Shown piece by piece: positions 50,480 through 63,214 of a DNA stretch of 64,000 bases; the first letter of the stretch is position 1, and each line of letters starts with the position of its first letter. The notes below the pieces were generated by a model, which did no database searches, was not told the origin of the DNA, and was given only the letters and a program-made list of their open reading frames with translations. A program made the position numbers and the translations under genes. Source of the stretch: Squalus acanthias (lineage: Eukaryota); the NCBI GenBank assembly GCA_030390025.1, contig CM059425.1:173726001-173790000 (forward strand). The letters run 5' to 3'.

Positions 50480-52032
50480 ATAGAATCATAGAACGGTTAC
50501 AGTACAGAAGGAGGCCATTCGGCCCATCGAGCCAGTGCCGGCTCTCTGCAAGAGCACTTCAGCTGGTCCCGCTCCCCCGTCCTTTCCCTGTGGCACTGCA
50601 AATTTTTTTTCTTCAGGTACTTATCCAATTCCCTTTTGAAAGCCACAATTGAATCTGCCTCCACCACTCTTTCAGGCAGTGCATTCCAAATCATAACCAC
50701 TTGCTGCGTAAAAAAGTTTTTCCTCATGTCGCCTTCGGACCTTCTGCCACCTCTATCAAATTTCCTCTCAACCTTCTCTGCTCTAAGGAGAACAATCCCA
50801 GCTTCTCCAGTCTATCCACATAACTGAAGTCCCTCATCCCTGGAACCATTCTTGTAAATCTTTTCTGCACCCTCTCTAAGGCCTTCACATCCTTCCTAAA
50901 GTACGGTGCCCAGAATTGGACAGAATATTCCAGTTGAGGCCGAACCAGTGTTTTATAAAGGTTCATCATAACTTCCTTGCTTTTGTACTCTATGCCTCTA
51001 TTAATAAAGCCCAGGATCCCGTATGCTTTTTTAACTGCTTTCTGAACCTGCCCTGCCACCTTCAATGATTTGTGCACGTGTACTCCCAGGTCTCTCTGTT
51101 CTTGCACCCCCTTTAGAATTGTACCCTTTAGTTTATATTGCCTCTCCTCGTTCTTCCTACCAAAATGTATCACTTTGCACTTTTCTGCATTAAATTTCAT
51201 CTGCCACGTGTCCGCCCATTCCACCAGCGTGTCTATGTCCTCTTGAAGTCTATCACTATCCTCCTCACTGTTCACTAGACTTCCAAGTTTTGTGTCATCT
51301 GCAAATTTTGAAATTGTGCCCTGTACACCCAAGTCCAAGTCATTAATATATACCAAGAAAAGCAGTGGTCCTAGTACCGACCCCTGGGGAACACCACTGT
51401 GTACCTTCCTCCAGTCTGAAAAACAACCGTTCACCACTATTCTGTTTCCTGTCACTTAGCCAATTTTGTATCCATGCTGCCACTGTCCCTTTTATTCCAT
51501 GAGCTTCAACTTTGCTGGCAAGCCTATTATATGGCCTTTTGGAAGTCTATGTACACCACATCAATCGCATTACCCTCATCAACCCTCTCTGTTACCTCAT
51601 CAAAAAACTCAATCAAGTTAGTTGAACACGATTTACCTTTAACAAATCCGTGCTGGCTTTCCTTAATTAATCCTCACTTGTCCAAGTGACTGTTAATTTT
51701 GTCCCGGATTATGATTTCTAAAAGCTTCCCCACCACCGAGGTTAAACTGACTGGCCTGTAGTTGCTGGGTTTATCCTTACACCCTTTTTTGAACAAAGGT
51801 GTAACATTTGCAATTCTCCAGTCCTCTGGCACCACCGCCGTATCTAAGGAAGATTGGAAGATTATGGCCAGTACCTCTGCAGTTTCCACCTTTACTTCCC
51901 TCAGCATCCTAAGATGCATCTCATCCAGACCTGGTGACTTATCTACTTTCTAGTACTCTTTATCAATTTTTGCCCATCCAGTATCTCAACTACCTCCTCT
52001 TTCACGATGACTTTGGCAGCATCTTTTTCCTT
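50480..52032 (-). mobile_element. CR1 LINE 3' half; its (atagaatc)n tail continues at 46012-46028
   Basis: 243-aa RT ORF ([17 protein letters not shown]) and split microsatellite tail. Confidence 0.92.
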
Positions 52033-52163
52033 GCAGCCTCTTGTCCAGCGTTCCCCGCCCGACTGGTTGTGAAACTTGTCAAATGTTTCGTATTTGAAAC
52101 TGCAAGATCTACATAATATTCAGTATCCTCAATTGTACAAGCTTCGGATGAAAGAAACAAATT

Positions 52164-52950
52164 GGAGGGAATTTTAACCCCAAAAAACAGATGGGTTGGG
52201 GTCGGGTCGCAGGTTAAAGTATATAAAATGTGAATCCCGACTCCAGCCTGCCTCCAACCTGCCCACTTCCGGGTTTAACAGAGGTGGGCCGGGGACGGGC
52301 AGCCAACCCGCTCCCAGGAGGTGGCTTGGCACTTTAAATATTATAATGAGGCTGGAAGCCTTGGATTTAACCTGCTGTGCAGGTTTAACTCTGGTCGGCC
52401 AGGGATCCCGGGTAATGGGATTCCTGGCAGCTGCAGTGAGGTGAGTACCATATCAGGGAGCAATCCTTGCGGGCCGGGATCGGAACCCCCCTCTCCCCCG
52501 GGGTCGGATTCCCCCCCACCCACCCACCCCGGGTGAGTGATCAGCAACCCCCCCCCCCCCCGCCATCCCCCAAGGATTGGAACCCCTGGGGTCAGGGATT
52601 GGACCCCCTGGGGTCGGAGATCGGACCCGGCCGTCCCCTCCCCCCGCCGTCCCCCGAGGATCGGAACCCCTGGGGTCAGGGATTGGACCCCCTGGGGTCG
52701 GAGATCGGACCCCCCCCCAGCGTCAGGGCTCGCACCTACCTGGGGTTGCAGCCTCTTGTCCAACGTTCCCTGCCCGACTGGAAGCCAGCCTGTCAATCAG
52801 GCTGACTTCTGGTGGGGCACCTGCCGTTGACGTCACACGCACGCTGTGGACTTAAAACTCCACAACGTGCGGGGAAACCCAGACTTCCAGATTTCCCGTG
52901 TTCTACTGGGCCCCTCCGCTCCGGCGGGTCTAAACGTCAGAATTCCAGCC
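52164..52950. mobile_element. Non-autonomous Harbinger-like element with internal tandem repeats
   Basis: ggagggaattttaac...cagaattccagcc, TSD att; two ~84-bp units at ~52560-52717; homologous to the 21221 element. Confidence 0.8.
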
Positions 52951-53522
52951 ATTATCTGCCACACTGATAATTCATTTAATTCTTCAAAAATCACGTGGCT
53001 CATCCCTTTTTATTTCAGCAGTTGCATTATTTCTGCTTGTTGGAAGCATGAAGGGTAGAGAGGGCCACAGTACTGTTTGTTAAATGGATAATTACAACTT
53101 TTTTGTGCCCCTACTAATTATTGGTTTATGAGTAATCAGGCTCTAACTGAACTGAGTAATTGTAGGTCACTTTCTGCCATCCATTACTATAACCTCAAAT
53201 TACATGGTGATCCATTTCTTATACATTATTCAATTTTGTGTTCTGGGGTCACACATTGTATTCATAGTACAGTGCTTGCTTTTTCAAAGTCTGCTTTGCA
53301 TTCTGCAGGTATTAAAACTGCAGTGTTTTCTGTACTTTAATGTAATTATATAAAAGTAACAAGATGTCAGTTTTTTTATGTTCCACAAAGTTTCATCTGT
53401 TTTTGGAGACTTGGATAACGCTTCTTAGTTGCATCTGAATTTATTATCACACATCAGCATTCAGTTATGTTAACAAATGAGTTGCATGCAAGAGCATGCA
53501 AATTATTAATTTTATTAATATT

Positions 53523-53669
53523 GGCCCTGAATTTCCTTGGACTGTCTGCTGCTGTGCCACCGTACCATTGTTGGAAGTGCAGTGGAAACCCCATTTATGC
53601 GAATAAACAGGGTTCTGCTGCACTTCTGACGAAATTTCAGTGGCAGAATGTCCAAGGAAATTCAGGGCC
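53523..53669. mobile_element. Harbinger MITE
   Basis: Perfect 20-bp TIR ggccctgaatttccttggac / gtccaaggaaattcagggcc. Confidence 0.9.
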
Positions 53670-54343
53670 CTTGGTTTAGAAATTCGATCGTGCCCAAAAA
53701 CAAGCATTCAGGGGTTGGTGGGGTGCGGGGGCGCACTACACATGTTCGTTCACATGGTCACAGGGACCACGTGAAATTGGTGCTACCAGCTGATTATCAT
53801 GACTCAGGCTTGCAGCCAGCGCTACCCATGCTATTCATTGACCACGCCTGTTTGGGGAGGGGTGTGGGTAATCGGGCTTGACTAACATCAATTAAAGGTA
53901 GCCAGAAGCTCTTACAGGGAAGGTGCACTCTGGCTGCAGACAGCAGGGAAACTTCACAAGTGGAAAAGTGGTTGTAAGAGGTCCAGAGAGAGCACTCCGT
54001 TTCTCTGATGCAACGTTGAAGGCCCTGGTCCAGGCGGTTGACAGGAGGAAGGAGATCCTGTTCCTCTCAGGAAGGCAAGAGGGGCGGCAGAAAGCTCTTC
54101 AGGCAAGACCTTACTGCCAGTGGGAAGAGGTCACTGAGGAGAGATATGCCAGGAGCTTAGCGGCCAGGGCTTGGCTACAATGTAGAAAAAAGTTCAGTGA
54201 CCTCACTAGAGTTGTCAAGGTAAGAATCCTGCTCTCTTACTCTCTGCTCGCACCTGCATCCTCACTACTCACAATACTCTCCTCCCCCTCTTCCCTGCAT
54301 TCTCCTACAATCACTGCACCACACTTCATTCCACCTCCTAATA

Positions 54344-56080
54344 TAAGAACTTAAGAAATAGGAGCAGGAGTAGGCCATACGGCCTGTCGAGCCTGCTCCG
54401 CCTTTCAATAAGATACTGGCTGATCTTCGATCTCAACTCCACTTTCCTGTCCGATCCCCAAATCCCTTGATTCCCTTAGAGTCCAAAAATCTATCGATCT
54501 TGGCCTTGAATATACTCAACGACTGAGCATCCATAGCCCTCTGGGGTAGAGAATTCCAAAGATTCACAACCCTCCGAGTGAAGAAATTTCTCCTCATCTC
54601 AGTCCTAAATGGCCAACCTCTTATCCTGAGACTCTACCCCCTAGTTCTTGACTCTCCGGCCAGGGGAAACAGCCTCTCAGCATATACCCTGTCAAGCCAT
54701 CTCAGAATCTTACATGTTTCAATGAGATCACCTCTCATTCTTCTATAAGCCCATTTTACTCAATCTCTCCTCATAGGACAACCCTGTCATCCCAGGTATC
54801 AATCTAGAGCACCTTCATTGCACCCCCTCTAAGGCAAGTATATATCCTTCCTTAGGTACAAAGACCAAAATTGTACACAGTATTCCAAGTGTGGTCTCAC
54901 CAAAGCCCTGTACAAAGTCCTTACTCTTGTATTCCAACCCCCTTGCAATAAAGGCCAACACATCATTTGCCTTCCTAAATACTTGCTGTACCTGCGTGTT
55001 AACTTTCTGTGTTTTGTGTACAAGGACACCCAAATCCTTTGAACACCAACATTTAATAGTTTCTCACCATTTAAAAAATACTCTGTTTTTCTTTTCTTCC
55101 TACCAAAGTGAAAAGCTCACATTTCCCCACATTATACTCAATCTGCCACCTTCTTGCCCACTTACTTAACCTGTGTCCCTTTGCAGGCGCTTTGTGTCCT
55201 GCTCACAGCTTACTTTCCCACCTAGCTTTGTATTGTTAGCAAACTTGGATACATTACATTCAGTCCCTTCATCTAAGTCATTAATATGGATTGTAAATAG
55301 CTGAGGCCCCAGCATTGATCCTTGCGGTACCCCACTCGTAACAGCCTGCCAACCTGATAATGACCAGTTTATTCCTACTCTCTGTTTCCGGTCCTTTAAC
55401 CAATCCTCTATCCATGCTAATATATTACCCCCAACCCCATGAGCCCTTATCTTGTGCAACAACCTATTGTGTGGCACCTTATCAAATGCCTTTTCAAAAT
55501 CCAAATATACTACATCCACTGGTTCCCCTTTATCTACCCTGCTAGCTACATTCTCAACATACTCTAATAGATTTGTCAAACACGATTTCCCCTTCATAAA
55601 ACCATATTGACTCTACCTAATCATATTATGATTTTCTAAGTGCCCTGTTATCACTTCCTTAATAATAGGTTCCAGCATTTTCCTGACGACTGATGTCAGG
55701 CTAACTGGCCTGTAGTTCCTTGTTTTCTCTCTCCCTCCTTTCTTGAATAGTGGTGTTACATTTGCTACTTTCTAATACACTGGGACCGCTCCAGAATCTA
55801 GGGAATTTTGGAAGATCACAACCAATGCAGCCACTATCTCTGCAGCCACCTCTTTTAGAACCCTTGGATGTAGGACATCAGGTCCGGGGGATTTGTCGGC
55901 TTTTAGTCCCACTATTTTCTCCAGTACTTTTCCTTTACTAGTATTAATTACTTTAAGTTCCTCACTCTAATTAGACCCTTGGCTCCCCACTATTTCTAGT
56001 ATGTTTTTGTGTCTTCAGAGAGATACAAAATATTTGTTTAATGTCTCTGCCATTTCCTTATTCCCCATTATAATTTCTCC
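54344..56080 (-). mobile_element. CR1 LINE inserted in the Harbinger Myb-gene intron
   Basis: KGKSCLTNLLE...YLDFEKAFDKVPH...GVPQGSMLGP; taagaacttaagaa tail. Confidence 0.92.
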
Positions 56081-57019
56081 TTCACCTTCTACTCACACAT
56101 TCTGCATTTCCTACTCTCACCATTATTGAAAATCTTCCACAATTTCCACACCTTACATCTTACACACAACATATGAACTATTCTATTGCGACAGACGCAT
56201 TCTCGAAACACCTCACAAGGATGTCAGTCACACTCTCATTTTCCTTGCAGTAGAAGGTTGCGTACAACTTGCGACAGGGGGCTGAAACCAGAGGAGGCTG
56301 AGCCCACCTGCACATCCTTTCCCCTGTGGAAGAAAACGTGCTGGTCTTCACAGGCAGGGGGGAGAGTCATGGCTATGGCGAGTGGCCACACAGCGTTTCT
56401 TCACACCTTATCCTCTTTTTCCCCTCTTAGTTCTATCTAACCCTACACACTCTGCATGACAAACTGTAGCTGCTTTCACCAGCCATTTTTCCCTATGCTC
56501 TCCCTTCACACTAAAAGCTAACCCTTGTCCCTCTCTTTCATTTTACATGCTGAAAATGTGGATGCCCCTCTGCCACTTTAAGAGGAGACCACTGAAGATG
56601 CAGTGCCACTCGATCTGACCCTAGCAAACATCAGCTCAGAAACTGGCACCACACGTACTTTAGAGGGTAGGCTAGAGGAGGGTTCTTCACATGGTGAAGC
56701 ACTGGCCATAAGTGTGCAGAAGCTAGAGCAGGGGCATAGGATGCCAAAGGTGCTTTCTTGCTGGAGGAAAAAATCACATACTAACCCTGCTGCAGAGGAT
56801 TCGAATGCAGTCTTCGAGGGCCCAGGCTACCGAAGAACGCTGATGAGCATATACGAGGAAATGCTAGGCGCACCGTGGCTCAGAGGCTGGAGGAGTCCAG
56901 CTCCAACTTGTGTTGGGGCTTTCCGCAGAGCATGGCGACCATTCTGTCCAACATGGAGCGAGTGGTCAGATCCATGAGCACGAAGGTGGCGCTCACCATG
57001 ACAAAGCCTCTGCAGGCAG

Positions 57020-57837
57020 TTCAGGCTCGGGCTGATAAGTGGCAGGTAACATTCGCGGCACAGAACTGCCAGGCAATGACTATCTCCAACAAGCGAGAGT
57101 CTAACCACCACCCCTTGACATTCAACGGCATTACCATCGCCGAATCCCCCACCATCAACATCCTGGGGGGTCACCATTGACCGGAAACTTAACTGGACCA
57201 GCCACATAAATACTGTGGCAACAAGAGCAGGTTAGAGGCTAGGTATTCTGCGGCGAGTGTCTCACCTCCTGACTCCCCAAAGCCTTTCCACCATCTACAA
57301 GGCACAAGTAAGGAGTTTGTTGGAATACTCTCCACTTGCCTGGATGAGTGCAGCTCCAACAACACTCAAGAAGCTCGACACCATCCAGGATAAAGCAGCC
57401 CGCTTGATTGGCACCCCATCGACCACCTTAAACATTCACTCCCTCCACCACCGGTGTACCGTGGCTGCAGTGTGTACCATCTACAAGATGCACTGCAGCA
57501 ACTCGCCAAGGCTTCTTCGGCAGCACCTCCCAAACCTGCGACCTCTTCCACCTAGAAGGACTAGGGCAGCAGGCGCATGGGAACACCACCACCTCCAAGT
57601 TCCCCTCCAAGTCACATACCATCCTGACTTAGAAGTATATCGCCGATCCTTCATCGTCGCTGGGTCAAAATCCTGGAACTCCCTCCCTAACAGCACTGTG
57701 GGAGTACCTTCACCACACGAACTGCAACGGTTCAAGAAGGCGGCTCACCACCACCTTCTCAAGGGCAATTAGGGATGGGCAATAAATGCTGGCCTTGCCA
57801 GCAATGCCCACATCCCATAAACGAATTAAAAAAAAAG
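57020..57837 (+). mobile_element. Family D LINE 3' fragment
   Basis: QARADKWQVTFAAQNCQAM...IYKAQVRSLLEYSPLAW; poly(A) tail. Confidence 0.9.
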
Positions 57838-60131
57838 ACAGCTGACAGCTTCCATAGCAGCTCACACTGCTGCTATGAAAGTTCAAGGCAGCTGACATCT
57901 TGACTCTGGAGACCAGAGTTGACGGGGGCTCCAGAGCGTGGCATTACTCCTGCACTCTGTTCAAATGCAGCGCCATGGGAGTGCTGAGGCACAGTCCCAT
58001 GGGAGAGGCACCTTCTGCCCTCTCTTAGGATGACAGCATGCCTTCTCCCCCGCCACCCACCCCGCCAGTGCTCTTGAATGCTCCAACCCCCGCTGAGATG
58101 CTGGAGTTTGCAGCCAGGCCCTCAAGGCCCAGAGTTGTTTGAGGTCTCCACCACGATCATCTGAAGTTTCCTCAGCAGCATTCCACCTCCCAACCTGTAG
58201 TCACTGAGGATACACTTTGTAGGAACACTAAGATAGGCAAACAAGCACAGAAGTCAAGCACCAAGGGGTTGCACAATGACAATTCTTAATTATTCTTGTT
58301 AAATATTGTATTCAGAGGGAATTTGGAAAGACCCATAAGGCTGGACTGAAGGAAGGCAATCGGATGGTGGTAGTAACGATGGTGGGGATGAGTTGTGGTT
58401 GCGGCTGGTGATGTAGCTCGGTGATGGCCTCCTTGGTGAAATTAAGATGCAGAAGTGCTCACTGAAGACCCGCTGAGGGTCTGGTCTACTATGGATTGCC
58501 CTCCTTTATCTCTTAGCTGCTCCTGATCTCTCCTGTCATGGCTGCTCCCCCTCGTCCTCCAGCCCCAAAGACAGCCCTATGAGACCACCCATGACTGGAG
58601 TTAAACTTTTGTGAAGGCGGTCAGATGCAGTCCAGTAGCCCCAAAAAGATGTTAGCAGAAGTCAGAATTCAGTTGTAAAAGGCAGAAAATAGCAACAAAA
58701 AACATCCAGAAGTTAATCAGCAGTCTTAAAGGATGAACCAGCAACTAACCTGTATGTAGTGGTTGATCCCTTTAAATAGCACTGCTGAAGGGTCTTTGCT
58801 GCCTGTTAGTGCCACAAGTTATTGAGCAAGTTTATTACAGGGCAAGTCAGGCACTGGGGCAGACCAATTTCACAAAAGGGTCCTACAACAAGCATAGGGC
58901 CCTTATTTAAATATGATAATGAGGCTTTTAAGTGATTCTCATGCGCGCCTTGGCCACATATGGCAGAGCCCTATCCAATATAACGGGCGGTGCGCTTCCG
59001 GTGCGGAATGAGAATGTGCATGCTGCCCACCACATTGGATCCTTTGACGCCTTTCACTCCTGTAAAACAGGTGCGGAGCAATCAAATTTCATGGCCATTG
59101 TGTTTTTAAAATATTGCTTTTATTTTGAATCAAATGCAATGATTGATTTGAAGTGTTGCAGATAGTAAAACCTAAATGGATCCTCTTCACTGAATTTCTT
59201 TATTCATTGAAAATATGAGTGAACTCTGTAATTCCGGGTCTCTGTCAGACGATTACACCCTTACAGGTGCAATGTACTTACCTTGAACATGCTAATAACC
59301 CTGTCACTGCAAATTAAGGACAGAGTTGGCATCCATAACTGTAAATTCCACTCTGCCTCTCTTCTGGCAGTGGAGCAGGTACCCTGGAATTTTGATCCCT
59401 TAGCCTTTAAGATTGATGATATTGAAAGTTCCCCGACAAGAACTGAATAAGGCATCTGTTAATTCATTGAAGTCTACAGCACTTTATGCTGCACTCATTA
59501 ATTCCAGATTTAATGCTGATAAGTGCATAAAGTACTATGGGAACTTATAAAACCTTATTTAATTATGCAGAAGTTGATTTTACTTAATCAAATGACTGAC
59601 CAGTGTAGTAGTAGTTTTAATTATATTCTGCAATCTAATGAATATTTTCATCCATGAATTTACAGCAGGTATTTCAGCAACTGCTCGTGAACATGGTGTT
59701 CTGAATACAAGATACAGTGCAGTCACCAAAAGAAAGTGGAATATGTCCTTGGCTTGTACTTGTAACAGTGACATTTGGTCGCAGTGTCATAAAACATTAG
59801 AAGTGTAATAAATCAGAGATATTTCAAGCAAACAAGCTCCTAGGGACTAGAGCTAATGTTATACATTGTTCATGTATTATCTGATGAACATAAATTGAGG
59901 GTTTGAAGCTGATGAGGATAATAGAGCAACAAAAATAGTGTAACTGGCTGCATTTTACTGCATGTTGCCTCTTTATATAAATAACTATATATTTGGGATG
60001 GGGTTAACGCTAAGACAGGCTGGCAGTCCAAACTGGTTTTGAGGAATATTAGGCCCAGAGTGTCCAGAGGACTGACTGGCTGCAATTGACCTCAACGATA
60101 CAACTTTCACATTCCCATTTGGCTTTGTCAC

Positions 60132-60275
60132 CAATGTTCCCTTTAAGCTGCGCAACTGCGCAGCGCTTTGCAGCTCCTGCACAGCCGGCTCATCGGCTTT
60201 TAAATAGGAAAAAACGTGCATGCGCGGTATTTTTAAGGGGCCGCGCACCCAGAAAAAGAATTAAAGGGAATATTG
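60132..60275. mobile_element. hAT-type MITE
   Basis: TIR caatgttcccttta / taaagggaatattg; 8-bp TSD tttgtcac (60124-60131, 60276-60283). Confidence 0.92.
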
Positions 60276-61139
60276 TTTGTCACCACAGAGTTCTCGGGTT
60301 CAGTTTTCAGGTTGCAACTAACAGTACAAGTTGCTCCCTTTTAGCCTCTTGTCAGCTCCTAGTATGTTCACAAAATGCTTATCTGTTCAAGTTCTGCACT
60401 TACACATCTACCCTTACTTGGATTACTCTCTCATGAGAACTCCCTTCAAAGAGATTGCTCAGACAACTGTTCAGCAGGTACTTGGCACTTTCTATGAGTT
60501 CTGGTTCATTGTCAACCTGTTTCACCTAAAGCAAACATAAGCACCTAGTTGCAAAAAATCTTGGGAAATGCTTTCTTGCCTCCAGACCAATTTGCAGTCT
60601 TTTAGAAACTGGTCTCCTCTCTTCATGAAAGATCAAGAATCTGCGGAGAACAATCCCTGCATGTTTTTGGTCTATGGCGACAGTCATTTATTCACGGTTC
60701 TATTCATTGTTGCACTTAAAACTGCTCTATTGGTGCACTGGCACGTTGTCCCAGTTACTTGAGTTGGAGAAAGCCTCTGCACTGAATATAAGGTGGTGGT
60801 CGCAGGAGCACAATTGTTCACTGGGGTCTTGCCATCAGCTCCTCAAGTCACCCTGGTAATGAACACTTCCCAGTATGTGCTGGGAGTCCTGACTATTTCT
60901 GACACAAGTTAAATTAATTTGCTGCCTATTACATTTATGGTGAACGGCAATATAAATATCCAGCCAAATCCACATTACTTTAAAATCTTTTGGGTATAAC
61001 ATAACTTCAACAGAGTTGAGTTTCTTGAATCTGATGATACTTGTTGATTTTTTCTTTTTTCTCTGTACAAACAGAACAGTGGTTAGTAACGTAGAAAAAA
61101 GCTTGAATGAATGTCATTTGCGATACCATCTGTGATATC

Positions 61140-62402
61140 GTGTTTAAAATCATGAAGGGTTTAGATAGAGTAAATAAAGAGAAACTGTTTCCAGTGACTG
61201 AAGGGGCGATAACCAGAAGGTCCTTCTTCTTCTTCTTAGGCAGTCCCTCGGAACCGAGGATGACTTGCTTCCACGTTAAAAATGAGTTCGCAGGTGACTG
61301 ATGAGTCCAATGCGGGACCTACAGTCTCTGTCACAGGTGGGGCAGACAGTGGTTGAAGGGACGGGTGAGTGGGGTGCTTGGGTTGACGTGCGCTCCTTGA
61401 GCTGCCTGCGCTTGGCTTCCGCTTGCTCCCGGCGAAGAGACTCGAGGTGTTCGGCGCCTTCCCGGATGCTTCTCCTCCACTTTGTGCGGTCTTGGGCCAA
61501 GGATTCCCAGGTGTCGGTGGGGATGTTACACTTTTCAAGGAGGCTTTGAGGGTGTCCTTGAAGCGTTTCCTCTGCCCACCTGGGGCTCTCTTGCCGTGCC
61601 GGAGCTCCGAGTAGAGCGCTTGTTTTGGGAGTCTTGTATCGGGCATGTGGACAATGTGACCTGTCCATCGGAGCTGATCGAGCGTGGTCAAAGCTTCGAT
61701 GCTGGGGATGTTGGCCTGAGCAAGAACACTGACGTTGGTGCGCCTATCCTGCCAATGGATTTGCAGGATCTTGTGGAGGCAGCGTTGGTGGTACCTCTCC
61801 AGTGCTTTGAGGTGCCTGCTGTACATGGTCCATGTCTCTGAGGCATACAGCAGGGCGGGTATCACTGTTGCTCTGTAGATCATGAGCTTAGTGCTGGGTT
61901 TGAGGTCCTTGTCTTCAAACACTCTCTTCCTCAGGCGACCGAAGGCTGCACTGGCACACTGAAGGCGGTGTTGGACTTCGTCGTCGACGTCTGCCCTTGT
62001 TGACAGTAGGCTCCCGAGGTATGGAAAGTGGTCCACGTTGTCCAAGGCCTTGTCGTGGATTTTGATAATCGGGGGGCAGTACTGTGTGGCGGGGGCAGGA
62101 TGGTAGAGGACCTTTGTCTTACGGATTTAAGGTGATTGGCAAAAGAACCAGAGGTGACACGAGAAAAAATTTTTTTACGCAATGAGTGGTTAGGATTTGG
62201 AATGCATTTCCACAGGGAGGTGGATACAGATTCAATAGTAGCCTTCAAAAGGAAGTTGAATAAATACTTGAAGGAGAAAACATTGCAGGGATATGGGGAA
62301 AGAGTGGGGAAGTGGGACTAACTGGATTGCTCTACGTAAGAGCTGGCACAGGCTCGATAGGCTGAATGGCCTCCTTCTGTGCTGTACTATTCTATGATTC
62401 TA
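61140..62402 (+). mobile_element. CR1 3' fragment split by an RTE insertion
   Basis: VFKIMKGLDRVNKEKLFPV...ITR|...|FKVIGKRTRGD; ttctatgattcta tail. Confidence 0.85.
61221..62125 (-). mobile_element. RTE (BovB-like) LINE 3' fragment
   Basis: DNVDHFPYLGSLLS...RLPKQALYSEL; (gaa)n tail at ~61223-61237. Confidence 0.93.
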
Positions 62403-63083
62403 ATTTCAACAATCCATTTGATCAACAGCATTTGAACAGAATCTTTCCACTTCTTGGATATGTCTGCACCATATACTACATTTGCGTCCAAGAGCACAGA
62501 TGAACAACTGGCAGCTACAGTGCTGCCAATACCACTTTAAAATCATCTGGTAGGAGGAGCATGGCATTGGCCTAAAGAGATTTTCCTCACAGTTTTTTCC
62601 TTTTCTGCAAAAGCACAATCTCAGCTTGGCACTTCCACATGGTAGTTAGGATGCACTTGCACTTTCTAGTGGCTGATTCTATGCATTGATGGAGGTCAGC
62701 GAACAGGTAACCTGCTTGCAGTTGTTACATTTCCTGGCGATAAAAATGATGCGAATTGTTGATTCTAAATTTGAAATTGTAGCTGGGGCTTGCTACTGGA
62801 GTCTTTGGAGTGGAGCCTTCACCAGGCACAATGTAAAACAGCGACCACTCGGCCACAGTGTCTTGTGACAAACCCTCTTATTGGTGCTATCTGAAGCTTT
62901 GTGAGTTTTGACAAACTAATGTTCCTGAAGAACATTAAGGAAAGATCTGGATTATTCATGTTAATCAGGAAGCCAACTTCCTATATCTCTTTCCTCCAAA
63001 CTTTTTATAGTCCAAGTTGGCACTTTGCACACTTCTGTATGGTGACATTTCAGCGATGCTGTTTATTGTTAATTAACTATTTT

Positions 63084-63214
63084 GAAGGTAGCTTTTAACT
63101 TCAGCGGGGGTGGAAAACCGGCGGTATCAGATCGGCTGCCCGTTGTACATTCCACCTGAATTTTCTTTCAATTCTGCCAGTTTTTCACCCGCACCAAAGT
63201 TGAAAGTTACCCCC
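63084..63214. mobile_element. Old Harbinger-like MITE
   Basis: Imperfect TIR ggtagcttttaactt / aagttgaaagttacc, flanked by ttt. Confidence 0.55.

Larger units (their letters stand above)
53673..59096 (+). mobile_element. Large PIF/Harbinger element with a spliced Myb/SANT (MSANTD4-like) gene remnant and two nested LINEs
   Basis: RALRFSDATLKALVQAVDRRKEILF...WEEV...WLQCRKKFSDLTRVVK|gtaaga (donor 54220); acceptor ttgcag at 56250 then KVAYNLRQGAETRGG*; degenerate TIR ggtttagaaattcgatcg / caatcaaatttcatggcc. Confidence 0.78.
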
